This document shows, in pieces, positions 26,375-35,712 of a stretch of 64,000 bases of DNA. Position 1 is the stretch's first letter, and each line of letters begins with the position of its first letter. Source of the DNA: Bacteroidota bacterium (GTDB taxonomy: Bacteria > Bacteroidota > Bacteroidia > B-17B0 > Aurantibacillaceae); assembly GCA_038327195.1 (NCBI GenBank), contig JBBQKU010000012.1, positions 38,401 to 102,400 on the forward strand, written 5' to 3'. The position numbers and the translations under genes are program-made. Under the pieces are notes generated by a model. That model was not told the DNA's origin, searched no databases, and worked only from the letters and a program-made list of their open reading frames with translations.

Positions 26375-27100
26375 GTGAAAAAATATTTCTTTCTGTACTT
26401 CTTATTTATTTTTTCTTGTGCTAATGCTCAACAAAACTTTATTAATGTACCTTCATCAGAAGTTACAACAAAACATAAACTGTTTTTTCAACAACAGTTA
26501 AATTTTAATGAATTAATTCAGTCAAATTCAACACTGGATTTTGGTTTAGGAAAAGGCTTTGAAATTGGTGCAAATGTGCTCGGATTGAATTTTAGTGATA
26601 AAAATAAATCTTTCATAAAAAATGATACCAATGATAAAGATCCATATAATCCATTAGTCGTAATTAACGGCTTGAAACAATTTGAATTAACTGAGAATTT
26701 TTCAATTGCATCAGGAGCTCAATTTGGTTTAAATTTTAGAGATAATAAAAGAACTACTAATGCTGGTTTAGTATACTGTAATTTACTTTTCAAAAATTTA
26801 TTAATCAAAAATAGTAGTTTGGTAATTGGTTCCTATTATAATTCTCTCCATTATGGCGGGAGATATGGAAATAGAATTGGTGCCTGGATAGGTGCCGAAA
26901 TTCCTGTTAAACCTTATTTTCATATAATGGGAGAAAGTGTTTTTGGAAATAATGCACTTTGTTATACTTCATTAGGGGTCATCTTATATCCAGTAAAATG
27001 GATGCCTCTAACGTTAGGTGTTCAAATACCAAACACAAAAAATAATGCATATTCAATAGTTTTTGAATTAACAATCATACCAATTTCAAAAAAGGATTAA
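26375..27100 (+). CDS. Putative small outer-membrane beta-barrel protein, unknown family
   Basis: Signal peptide (FSCANAQQ); alternating hydrophobic strands rich in G/N/Y. Confidence 0.45.
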   Translation: MKKYFFLYFLFIFSCANAQQNFINVPSSEVTTKHKLFFQQQLNFNELIQSNSTLDFGLGKGFEIGANVLGLNFSDKNKSFIKNDTNDKDPYNPLVVINGLKQFELTENFSIASGAQFGLNFRDNKRTTNAGLVYCNLLFKNLLIKNSSLVIGSYYNSLHYGGRYGNRIGAWIGAEIPVKPYFHIMGESVFGNNALCYTSLGVILYPVKWMPLTLGVQIPNTKNNAYSIVFELTIIPISKKD

Positions 27101-27364
27101 TAGCTAATAGAAAACGCTAGTTATATATATTTTAGTTTAAAAATAAATTTTTAAAACATTCATAAGATTTGTTTCTAAAATGATAAATTGAACTTAAAAG
27201 TTGATTAATGCTGTTATTCTAAATATAATAAACGAATTTTTTTTACTTAACAACCCTATGTTATAATTTTCGCAATTATTAACTATTCTGTTTATATATT
27301 TTTCAGTTATTTATAATAAGAAATAATTAATATCACTTATTTATAAAATTGCATTATATAATTA

Positions 27365-29980
27365 ATGAATCCTGAAGAAAATAATGAAATAGCTATAAAA
27401 AAGTTTAGTATTTGGCTTTTTTTTAAACGATTAATTTTAGGTTTAATAATAAGTTTAGCTTCAGTTTTTTCGATAGGTATTTTGTTAGTATATGTTTACG
27501 AAGACGATGTGAAGTCTCTCATAATTAAGGAGTTAAATAAACATTTAAATAGTAAAATTACTGTTGAGCCACAAAATATTGATTTAACAATTATTAAATC
27601 ATTTCCTAAATGTGCGCTTGAATTTAAAAACATATTAGCTTTAGAAAGCAAAAATTTTAAAACACAAGATACATTGTTATTTGCTAAACGATTATCATTA
27701 GCTTTTGACGTTAAGGATTTATTCAATAAAAATTATACTATAAACAAAATAGAACTAGAAGATTCTAAAGTTAATTTGAGGGTTGATAAAGAGGGCAAGG
27801 CAAATTATATAATTTGGCAAACTTCTGAAGGTCATTCTTCAAATGATAGTTTAAAGTTTGCTTTAGAAAACATTAGTTTATCAAATGTTATTTTTAGTTA
27901 TAAAAATAATAAACAAAAAATTAAAATTTCGACAACGATTAATGATGTAGATTTTTCAGGGAAGTTCAAAGATGAAAATTATACTTTGAACGCTAATGGA
28001 TTAGCATATGTTGATTTATTTCAGGTTCAAAAAGTGAAATATTTAAACCAAAAGAAGTTGAAGTTAAATGTAATTTTGGATGTTAAGGGAATAGTTTTTA
28101 ATATTATAAAGGCTGACACAAAAATAAATTCTACTCTATTAAATAGTAAAGGTTCATTTATTATAAATGATAGCTTATTAAGTTTGGATATTTTTTTTAA
28201 TGGAAATAATTTGGATGTTTCCTCAACTTTATCTCTTTTACCTGAGAAATTTCAAAATAAGATAAATGATTACGAGAGTGTAGGAACATTTTACGCTGAA
28301 GGTGAATGCCATTACAATATTGGGAAGCCATTTTCTTTAAAATCTAATTTTGGTATAAAACAAGCTAACATTACTTATAAGCCTAGTAATACTTCTTTAA
28401 GTAATGTGAATTTAGATGGAAGTATTGTTATAAACGAGAATAGAAGTTTTTTGAAATTAAATAATATTAACGCAAATTTAAAGAATAATAGTTTTAGTGG
28501 GAATTTGGAAATGACAAATTTTGAAGATCCATTTTTAAAACTAAATTTAAGCGCTAATACAAATTTAGAAGAACTTACACAGTTTTATCCAATTGACACC
28601 TTACAAAATCTGAGTGGAACAATTAACCTACATGCAAATATTGAAGGGATGATAAGCGAACTAAAATCAAATGCATTTAGTCCAAATATTGTAGCAAATG
28701 GAAAAGCTAGTTTAAAAAACATTAAAGCTCAATTTAAAAATTCAGAAAAAGAAATTAATATTCCTGAAGGTGAAGTTACATTACTAAATAGAAATTTAGA
28801 AGTATCTAATTTAAAATTAATTAAAGGAAATTCAGACGTTGTAATTGTTGGTGACATTCCAAATTTTTTAGAATATCTCTTTGATTCGCGAGCAAACTTA
28901 ATTATAAATTCTACGGTTACTAGTAATAGCATTGAACTCGAAGATTTTTTATTTAAAAATGGAGGGGATTCTAAAAAGTCATTCGTATTTATTCCTCCCA
29001 ATTTAGAATTAAATTTAGTTGTAATTTTAAAGAAATTATCATTTCAAAAATTTAATGCTTCACAATTAAGTGGGAAATTAATGTTGAAAAATCAAAAAAT
29101 TGCGATAAATGATATATCTTTTTTGGCGATGGATGGAAATGTTTCAATGAATGCTTTCGCAGATGCCAGTAGCGATCATATTAAAATTTCGGGGGATTGT
29201 AATATTTCTAAAATTAACATTAAAGAAATGTTTTTTCAATTAAATAACTTCGGGCAAACAACTATACAAGATAAACACCTAAGAGGTTTTGCAACTGCAA
29301 ATATTGATTTTATTGGTATTTGGGACAAGGAACTGAAAGTTGATTTAAATTCAATAAATGCAACTAGTAGTTTATTAATTGAGCAAGGTGAATTAATTGG
29401 ATTTAAACCTTTAGAAAGTTTAGCAAAATACATTGATGTAAATGAATTGAAGCACATTAAATTCTCTTCGTTGCAAAGTGCTTTAGAAATAAAAAATAAA
29501 ACGATTACATTACCTAAAACAACCATAAAATCTACAGCTCTAAATATGGAATTGTGGGGAAAACATACCTTTGATAATCAGATTGATTACCATATCCAAT
29601 TATTAATAAGCGAGCTTCTAGCTAAAAAACCTCGTTCTAATAAGAGTTTTGATGAAGAATTATCGCTTGTTGAAAATGATCCTGAAAACAGACGGAGTGT
29701 GTTTATTTTAATGACTGGACCAATTGACAATCCAACCATTAAATATGATAGAAAAGGCGCCAAACAAAAGATTAAGGAAGATATTCAAATTGAGAAGCAA
29801 ACAATTAAGCAAATATTAAAAGAAGAATTTGGCTTGTTTAAAAAAGATACCGTTAATTCAAATAAAAATAAGTCAAATAAAGCTGATCAGAAATTTCAAA
29901 TAAAAATAGGAGATGCTGATTCAAAAAAAGATAAATCAATCCAGCCAAAAAAGAAGGATACAGATGATGAGGATTTTTAG
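27365..29980 (+). CDS. AsmA-family-like large envelope protein
   Basis: Single N-terminal TM; long beta-rich N/K/S-rich body; basic/acidic low-complexity tail. Size and architecture fit AsmA-like proteins. Assignment tentative. Confidence 0.5.
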   Translation: MNPEENNEIAIKKFSIWLFFKRLILGLIISLASVFSIGILLVYVYEDDVKSLIIKELNKHLNSKITVEPQNIDLTIIKSFPKCALEFKNILALESKNFKTQDTLLFAKRLSLAFDVKDLFNKNYTINKIELEDSKVNLRVDKEGKANYIIWQTSEGHSSNDSLKFALENISLSNVIFSYKNNKQKIKISTTINDVDFSGKFKDENYTLNANGLAYVDLFQVQKVKYLNQKKLKLNVILDVKGIVFNIIKADTKINSTLLNSKGSFIINDSLLSLDIFFNGNNLDVSSTLSLLPEKFQNKINDYESVGTFYAEGECHYNIGKPFSLKSNFGIKQANITYKPSNTSLSNVNLDGSIVINENRSFLKLNNINANLKNNSFSGNLEMTNFEDPFLKLNLSANTNLEELTQFYPIDTLQNLSGTINLHANIEGMISELKSNAFSPNIVANGKASLKNIKAQFKNSEKEINIPEGEVTLLNRNLEVSNLKLIKGNSDVVIVGDIPNFLEYLFDSRANLIINSTVTSNSIELEDFLFKNGGDSKKSFVFIPPNLELNLVVILKKLSFQKFNASQLSGKLMLKNQKIAINDISFLAMDGNVSMNAFADASSDHIKISGDCNISKINIKEMFFQLNNFGQTTIQDKHLRGFATANIDFIGIWDKELKVDLNSINATSSLLIEQGELIGFKPLESLAKYIDVNELKHIKFSSLQSALEIKNKTITLPKTTIKSTALNMELWGKHTFDNQIDYHIQLLISELLAKKPRSNKSFDEELSLVENDPENRRSVFILMTGPIDNPTIKYDRKGAKQKIKEDIQIEKQTIKQILKEEFGLFKKDTVNSNKNKSNKADQKFQIKIGDADSKKDKSIQPKKKDTDDEDF

Positions 29981-30625
29981 ATTGTTTTTAATTGTATAAA
30001 TTTTAGTTTAATTCAAATTGATACATATAAATTGCTTTTTTTATTTATGTTAATATAGAGGTAATTATTTTATTTAAAGAACATTTTATTAAAAAATGAC
30101 CATAGTATTGGCAACTTTAATACAAGCCTAAAAACAGATTTTTGATTTTGTATGTTAATTTTTTGTAACATACTTAGCTTTTTGTCGTGCCATTTTAGTT
30201 AATTTCTTACATATGTAAGTTTAGTTTTGTTTAACAACAACTCTTTGTTTGATGTATAATAAATAGTATTTACCTTGTATTATGCGAAATATAACCTATA
30301 AACTTAGCAACACATTTGAATTAATGCAGGTAAATTTGCAAAACGCATCTTATAATTATACTCAAAATCTTCTATTGGATCAGATTTTCAGTAAGTTTAA
30401 TTTAATATTTTACGGAAATGTTCTTATCGATTTTAATCGAAATCTTCTAATTAGGGTAATTATTCTTTTTTGTAATAGCCTTGTTAATTCTTGTTTCTTG
30501 ACTTTTGGAATTAATGAAAGTATAAATCTAAAATTCCTTAAAAAAAGATGGCGCTAATTTAATAAGAAGTAATAACTGATTAGAGAATACGAAATAAACC
30601 TGTAACCAACTATTAAAAATTTAGA

Positions 30626-31846
30626 ATGAACGAGGAAACGGAACAAGAAATTACATCAGTATTAATTGTAGACGATCTATTAGAAAATTTAATAGCATTG
30701 GAGGCAGTCTTACAAAAAAGTAATTACCGAATTGATAAAGCTATTTCTGGCAAAGAAGCTATTGAAAAAATATTGCTCTTTGAGTATGATTGTATTTTAT
30801 TAGATGTTCATATGCCTGGATTAGATGGGTTTGAAGTAGCTGAGATATTAGGACAAAACAAATTAACAAAAAGTATCCCTATTATTTTTTTAACAGCTTT
30901 AGTGAACGAAAAACAGTATATGCTTAAAGGTTATAAAATTGGGGTTGTTGAGTACTTGAATAAATCAATAGACTCAGATATTTTAAAAATTAAAGTTGAT
31001 ACATTTTCGAAACTTCATAAACAGAAAAAAGAGATAATTAGGTCTAACGAAGAAGCCAAAAAAATACACGGAATATTAGAAAGTCATTCTAGCGAAATGG
31101 GAGCTAGTATACGCTATGCAAAAAATATTCAAAATGCCATATTACCCAAAGAGGAAACATTCAAATATATATTTCCTGATGCGTTTGTGATTTACCAACC
31201 AAAAGATATTGTAGGTGGTGATTTTTACTGGGTGACAATTATACGTGGAAAAACAATTGTTGTTTGTGCTGATTGCACTGGACATGGTGTCCCTGGCGCA
31301 TTAATGACTATGGTTGGCCATAATTTAGTAAAGCAAGCAGTTGAAGTTAAACAGTTATTGTCGCCAGCCGCCATTCTTGAATATATTAACAAAGCTCTAA
31401 AAAGTACGTTTAATCATCATAATTTAAATGGAAGAATCGCAGACGGCATGGAAGTTGGTATTTGTATTTTCGATTTTTCTACTAACATTCTCGAATATTC
31501 AGGAGCTCGAATCCCCTTATTGATTACAAAAAATGGTTTACCAGCCCTAATTAAACCTGACAATTTTAGTATCTCGTATGATACACCTATTAATAAAAAA
31601 TTTACAGATCATCAATTTGAACTAAATAAAGGTGATTGTATTTATATGTTTACTGACGGTTATGCTGATCAGTTTGGTGGGGAAAACGATAAGCGTTTTA
31701 TGAAAAAAAATCTTTTAAATCAAATTAGGTCGGTTATTGATGAGGAATTGGTGTCACAAAAAACTATTTTATTGAATGTTTTTGATGGATGGAGGGGAAA
31801 AACTACTCAAGTGGATGATGTTTTAGTTATTGGAATTAAATTATAG
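30626..31846 (+). CDS. Response regulator with PP2C/SpoIIE-type serine phosphatase output domain
   Basis: REC domain (VLIVDD...ILLDVHMPGLDGFE...K). Then IRYAKNIQNAILP...GGDFYW...CADCTGHGVPGALM...FTDGYADQFGG...DDVLVIGIK, a SpoIIE-family signature. Confidence 0.85.
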   Translation: MNEETEQEITSVLIVDDLLENLIALEAVLQKSNYRIDKAISGKEAIEKILLFEYDCILLDVHMPGLDGFEVAEILGQNKLTKSIPIIFLTALVNEKQYMLKGYKIGVVEYLNKSIDSDILKIKVDTFSKLHKQKKEIIRSNEEAKKIHGILESHSSEMGASIRYAKNIQNAILPKEETFKYIFPDAFVIYQPKDIVGGDFYWVTIIRGKTIVVCADCTGHGVPGALMTMVGHNLVKQAVEVKQLLSPAAILEYINKALKSTFNHHNLNGRIADGMEVGICIFDFSTNILEYSGARIPLLITKNGLPALIKPDNFSISYDTPINKKFTDHQFELNKGDCIYMFTDGYADQFGGENDKRFMKKNLLNQIRSVIDEELVSQKTILLNVFDGWRGKTTQVDDVLVIGIKL

Positions 31847-34800
31847 TGAATATAAATTTGATGGATATTAACAGCCATTTTAAAATACTAATTGTTGATG
31901 ATAGATTAGAAAATCTTATCGCACTTTCTGCTGTATTAAAAAAAGAGGGGTTTTATTCAGACACTGCATTGTCAGGAAGCGAAGCCTTAAAATTGCTTCT
32001 TAAGAATAAATATGGACTCATCATATTAGATGTTCAAATGCCTGAAATGAATGGTTTTGAGTTGGCAGAATTAATTAAAGGAAATACTAAAACAAAGGAT
32101 ATACCGCTTATTTTTTTATCTGAAAATTCTTTTGGTAAAGAGTTTTCATTGAATGGTATAGTAGTGGGTGCGTTAGATTATTTAATAAAACCTGTAGATG
32201 TGGCCCTGTTGATTTTAAAAGTTAATAATTTTCGCAAGATGCATCTAGTTTCTGAAGACTTAGTAGAAACAAAAAAAACATTTGAAAAAAAGGCGATACT
32301 TGCTCAAATCTCATATGAAGATCTTTATTTTTCGCTACCTCAAGAGGTATTTATAATTAACAAAGAAGGTTTAATTATAAGCATTAACCGTTTTAATACA
32401 TTGTTTTGTGGACTAAAAGCAAGCGAATTGTTAAATCGGCATTTTTCAATTTCACCATTTTTGAAAGAAATTTTAGGCGAAAATAATGGTAATGCTATAT
32501 TAAGATATTTTACTGAAGATTCTAAACTCAAAAAAAATATTGAATTTAAAATTGAACGAATTGATAAAACAATTTTTTATGGTCATGCAGTCATTACATC
32601 CGCAATCATTGAAGGAAAATTTCATATTCAAGTTTCTATTTATAATGAAACAGAAATTAAAAAGCAAGAATTGTTTTTAAAACAGATTAATGATAGTGTA
32701 GCAGTCAAAACTGGCGCATCCTATTTTTCTGAATTTACAAAATTTTGTTGTGAAGAATTGAATGTAAAATACGCGTTAGTTGGTAATTATATTAAAGATC
32801 AGCATTCAATTGAAACGATTTCATTTCGGAGTGGAAATAATGAATTACCAATATATAAATACAATTTAAAAAATACACCATGCAGTTTGGTTTTAAATGG
32901 TGAAGCTTGTGTATATCCAAAAAATGTGCAATTGTTTTTTCCAAATGATGAAGATTTAAAAACATTTGGAATAGAATCCTACCTTGGAATGCCATTAGTC
33001 GATGAAAATAAAAATCCTTTAGGTATTATTGTTTTACTCGATGATAAGCCTATGGAAGATGCATTGCAAAAAGAAAAATTAATTTCGTTTTTAGCCCCAA
33101 GAGCAGCAAATGAATTAATAAGTGCAAGAGTAAATTCAAAATTAAAAAAAAGTGAAGAACGATTTCGCACATTGTTTGAACAAAATTTGGCTGGGGTTTA
33201 CAGAGCAAATTTGGAGGATATTATTATAGAATGTAATGATTCCTTTGCACAAATAATTGGTTTTAATAAGGCAAATGATGTTATTGGAAAACATATCTGC
33301 GAATTATACGAAAATATCTCTCATCCCAATTTTAACGAAAAGCTTCGGGAATATGCTGGCAAACTTACTTTGGAAGAGGTTATTATAAAAAAGAAAAATG
33401 GTGAAAATGTTTATTTACTTGAAAATGCTTATTTTATTTATAACAAACTTGGATCAGAAAAATATTTAGAAGGGACAATAATAAATATTACTGAACGGAA
33501 GAAAATAGAGGAGAAAATAAATGAAAGTGAAAAAAGATATAGAGGATTATTTGAGATAATGAACGATGGTTTGTTATATTCTGATTCCAATAATATAATT
33601 TTAATGGTTAATTCGAGTTTTTGTGAAATGGTGGAATATACAAAAGAGGAATTAATTGGTCAAAACGGATATTATTTACTGCATGACGATATAATACGCA
33701 GCCAATTAATAAGAAAATTGAATGATAGAAAAGAGGGTAAGTCTGAACAATATGAGCTAGAATTTATTACAAAATCCGGAAAAAGAATACAAACAAAAAT
33801 AAACGCATCGCCTAGTTATGATCCTGATGGTAATTTCACTGGCGTTTCATCGTTGATATCAAATATTACCGAGCAAAAACTTTATGAAAAAAAACTATTG
33901 TTTTCAAAAGAAAAATTTGAATCTGTTGTAAATAATATCAATGATGGACTTTTTCAAATTGATTTGAAAGGTAAGGTGACCTATTATAATCAGAAATTTC
34001 TTGATATATTTGGGTTATCTGTTAATTGTATGGATGACTTGTCAATAGATAGTTTTACGGCTAAGGAATATCATCAAGAAATGTTTGAAAGACATTTTAC
34101 AAGGATTACAGGTGGCGAAGTAGATGAAATTATGCATTATGAAGGAATACACAAAAATGGAAACCGGATATGGATTGAATCAAAGATTAAACTTCTTAAA
34201 GAAAATAATATTATAATAGGAACACAATCAATTTTGCGCGATATTACAGAACGTAAAAAGCAAGAAGATCAATTAAATAAAACTGTTAAGGAACTAAATA
34301 ATCGAAATAACGAATTAATGCAATTTAATTATATCGTATCTCATAATTTAAGATCTCCAATTGCTAATTTAATTGGTTTGTCAACTTTATTAAATGTTCC
34401 TAATATTAAGGAAGATGAAAAATCAAAAATTTTAGATTACATCCACCAATCTGCTTTAAAAATGGATGATCAGATAAAAGATTTAAATGTTGTACTAGCC
34501 ACTCGATCTGCTCTAAATGAAATAAAAGAGAAAGTATCTTTCCCATTATTAATTCGAAGTATTTGCAATACTTTTTCTGAACAAATACGCGAATCTGAAA
34601 TAGTGATTAAAACAAATATACAGGATGATGCATCAGAAATATTTAGTATTAAAAGTTATTTAGAGAGTATTCTTTATAATTTAATTAGCAATGCAATTAA
34701 ATATAAATCTAATTCCAGAACACCAGAGTTGATGATGGAAATATCTAGGCAAAAAGAGTTTTTTGTAATAAAAATGATTGATAATGGTTGTGGTATTGAT

Positions 34801-34977
34801 TTAAATTTATATGGAGATTATGTTTTTGGTTTGTACAAACGTTTTAAATTAGACATTGAGGGCAAAGGATTAGGTTTACACATGACAAAAAATCAAGTAG
34901 AGGCTTTAGGGGGTACAATTACTGTTGAAAGTTTATTAGATAAAGGAACCGTTTTTTCTATCATATTACCTGTTTAA
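31846..34977 (+). CDS. Hybrid sensor histidine kinase: N-terminal REC, PAS/GAF/PAS array, HisKA plus HATPase_c
   Basis: REC (ILIVDD...IILDVQMPEMNGFE), GAF-like segment, several PAS repeats. H-box SHNLRSPIANL, N-box LISNAIKY, G-boxes DNGCGID / GKGLGL. GTG start overlaps the upstream TAG by 1 nt; an alternative ATG lies at 31861. Confidence 0.85.
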   Translation: MNINLMDINSHFKILIVDDRLENLIALSAVLKKEGFYSDTALSGSEALKLLLKNKYGLIILDVQMPEMNGFELAELIKGNTKTKDIPLIFLSENSFGKEFSLNGIVVGALDYLIKPVDVALLILKVNNFRKMHLVSEDLVETKKTFEKKAILAQISYEDLYFSLPQEVFIINKEGLIISINRFNTLFCGLKASELLNRHFSISPFLKEILGENNGNAILRYFTEDSKLKKNIEFKIERIDKTIFYGHAVITSAIIEGKFHIQVSIYNETEIKKQELFLKQINDSVAVKTGASYFSEFTKFCCEELNVKYALVGNYIKDQHSIETISFRSGNNELPIYKYNLKNTPCSLVLNGEACVYPKNVQLFFPNDEDLKTFGIESYLGMPLVDENKNPLGIIVLLDDKPMEDALQKEKLISFLAPRAANELISARVNSKLKKSEERFRTLFEQNLAGVYRANLEDIIIECNDSFAQIIGFNKANDVIGKHICELYENISHPNFNEKLREYAGKLTLEEVIIKKKNGENVYLLENAYFIYNKLGSEKYLEGTIINITERKKIEEKINESEKRYRGLFEIMNDGLLYSDSNNIILMVNSSFCEMVEYTKEELIGQNGYYLLHDDIIRSQLIRKLNDRKEGKSEQYELEFITKSGKRIQTKINASPSYDPDGNFTGVSSLISNITEQKLYEKKLLFSKEKFESVVNNINDGLFQIDLKGKVTYYNQKFLDIFGLSVNCMDDLSIDSFTAKEYHQEMFERHFTRITGGEVDEIMHYEGIHKNGNRIWIESKIKLLKENNIIIGTQSILRDITERKKQEDQLNKTVKELNNRNNELMQFNYIVSHNLRSPIANLIGLSTLLNVPNIKEDEKSKILDYIHQSALKMDDQIKDLNVVLATRSALNEIKEKVSFPLLIRSICNTFSEQIRESEIVIKTNIQDDASEIFSIKSYLESILYNLISNAIKYKSNSRTPELMMEISRQKEFFVIKMIDNGCGIDLNLYGDYVFGLYKRFKLDIEGKGLGLHMTKNQVEALGGTITVESLLDKGTVFSIILPV

Positions 34978-34988
34978 CTAAATAGTAC

Positions 34989-35357
34989 ATGAAAAATATT
35001 TTTATAATAGATGATGATTTTACAAATAATTTTATTGCAGAGATTTTGATAAAATCTGTGTTTCCTGAAATAAAACTATTGGCATTTACGAGCCCAGAAC
35101 AAGCATTATTAACTTTAAGTAATATAAACCTAGCTCAGGACGATATAATTTTATTGGATTTGAATATGCCAGAAATGGATGGTTTTCAATTTATAGAAAA
35201 GTTTAATGAGAAAAAATTAAATTGCCGCGTATTTATTTTAACTACATCTTTAAACCCTTTAGATAAAGAATTAGCAGAATCAAAAACAGTAGTTTGTGGT
35301 TATATATTGAAGCCATTAACTAAAGAGAGGATAGCAAGTTTTAATAGCTTATACTAA
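34989..35357 (+). CDS. Stand-alone receiver-domain response regulator (CheY-like)
   Basis: IFIIDDD...ILLDLNMPEMDGFQF...ILTTS...KP pattern. Confidence 0.8.
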   Translation: MKNIFIIDDDFTNNFIAEILIKSVFPEIKLLAFTSPEQALLTLSNINLAQDDIILLDLNMPEMDGFQFIEKFNEKKLNCRVFILTTSLNPLDKELAESKTVVCGYILKPLTKERIASFNSLY

Positions 35358-35662
35358 TAATTACTGTATAATCTTTATTAAAACAAAAATTATTTTTTGG
35401 AAATAGTGATGAAATTAATTGAAAGTTTTATTGAATATCAATTTTAGAAACTGTTCGAATGACTCCTAATACCAATTGCAATTATTTTTTTAATCCAATT
35501 AAAAAAAATAATTAATAATTGGTAATACAGATACTACATGAAAATTATACAATGAGTCTTTGATGAAATTGGACTATGGTTTATGTGTATTCAGTATTAT
35601 TAGTTTGGTTTATCAAAAAAATGACATCACTTTTTGAAATATAAATTAATTTTGTTTTGTAT

Positions 35663-35697
35663 AAAAAAAAGCGAGAAGGTTAACTTCTCGCTTTTTT
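35663..35697. terminator. Bidirectional rho-independent terminator
   Basis: 8-bp GC-containing stem gcgagaag / cttctcgc, 5-nt loop, flanked by A8 and T6. Lies immediately downstream of the minus-strand TPR gene. Confidence 0.75.
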
Positions 35698-35712
35698 CGT
35701 TTTAGGTTTTAC

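Noticed and set aside
30282-30557. 91-aa ORF in the long spacer upstream of the REC-PP2C gene
   Set aside because: N/L/I-rich low-complexity translation, no recognisable domain, no convincing start context. Kept only as part of the 'long non-coding gap' finding.
30626-35357. Possible Detocs-like defensive two-component system (kinase plus buffer REC plus REC-effector)
   Set aside because: The gene content superficially resembles it. However, the kinase has PAS/GAF sensory modules and an N-terminal REC rather than the TPR sensor I recall for Detocs. The effector is a PP2C phosphatase typical of regulatory cascades, not a nucleotide-depleting or membrane-disrupting effector.
35465-35530. AT-only imperfect palindrome (ccaatt…aattattttttt…aaaaaaaataatt…aattgg) and several 12-24-codon mini-ORFs in the 355-bp spacer after the stand-alone REC gene
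   Set aside because: Pure A/T low-complexity sequence. The predicted pairing is weak and such palindromes arise by chance in AT-rich spacers. The mini-ORFs lack any supporting features.
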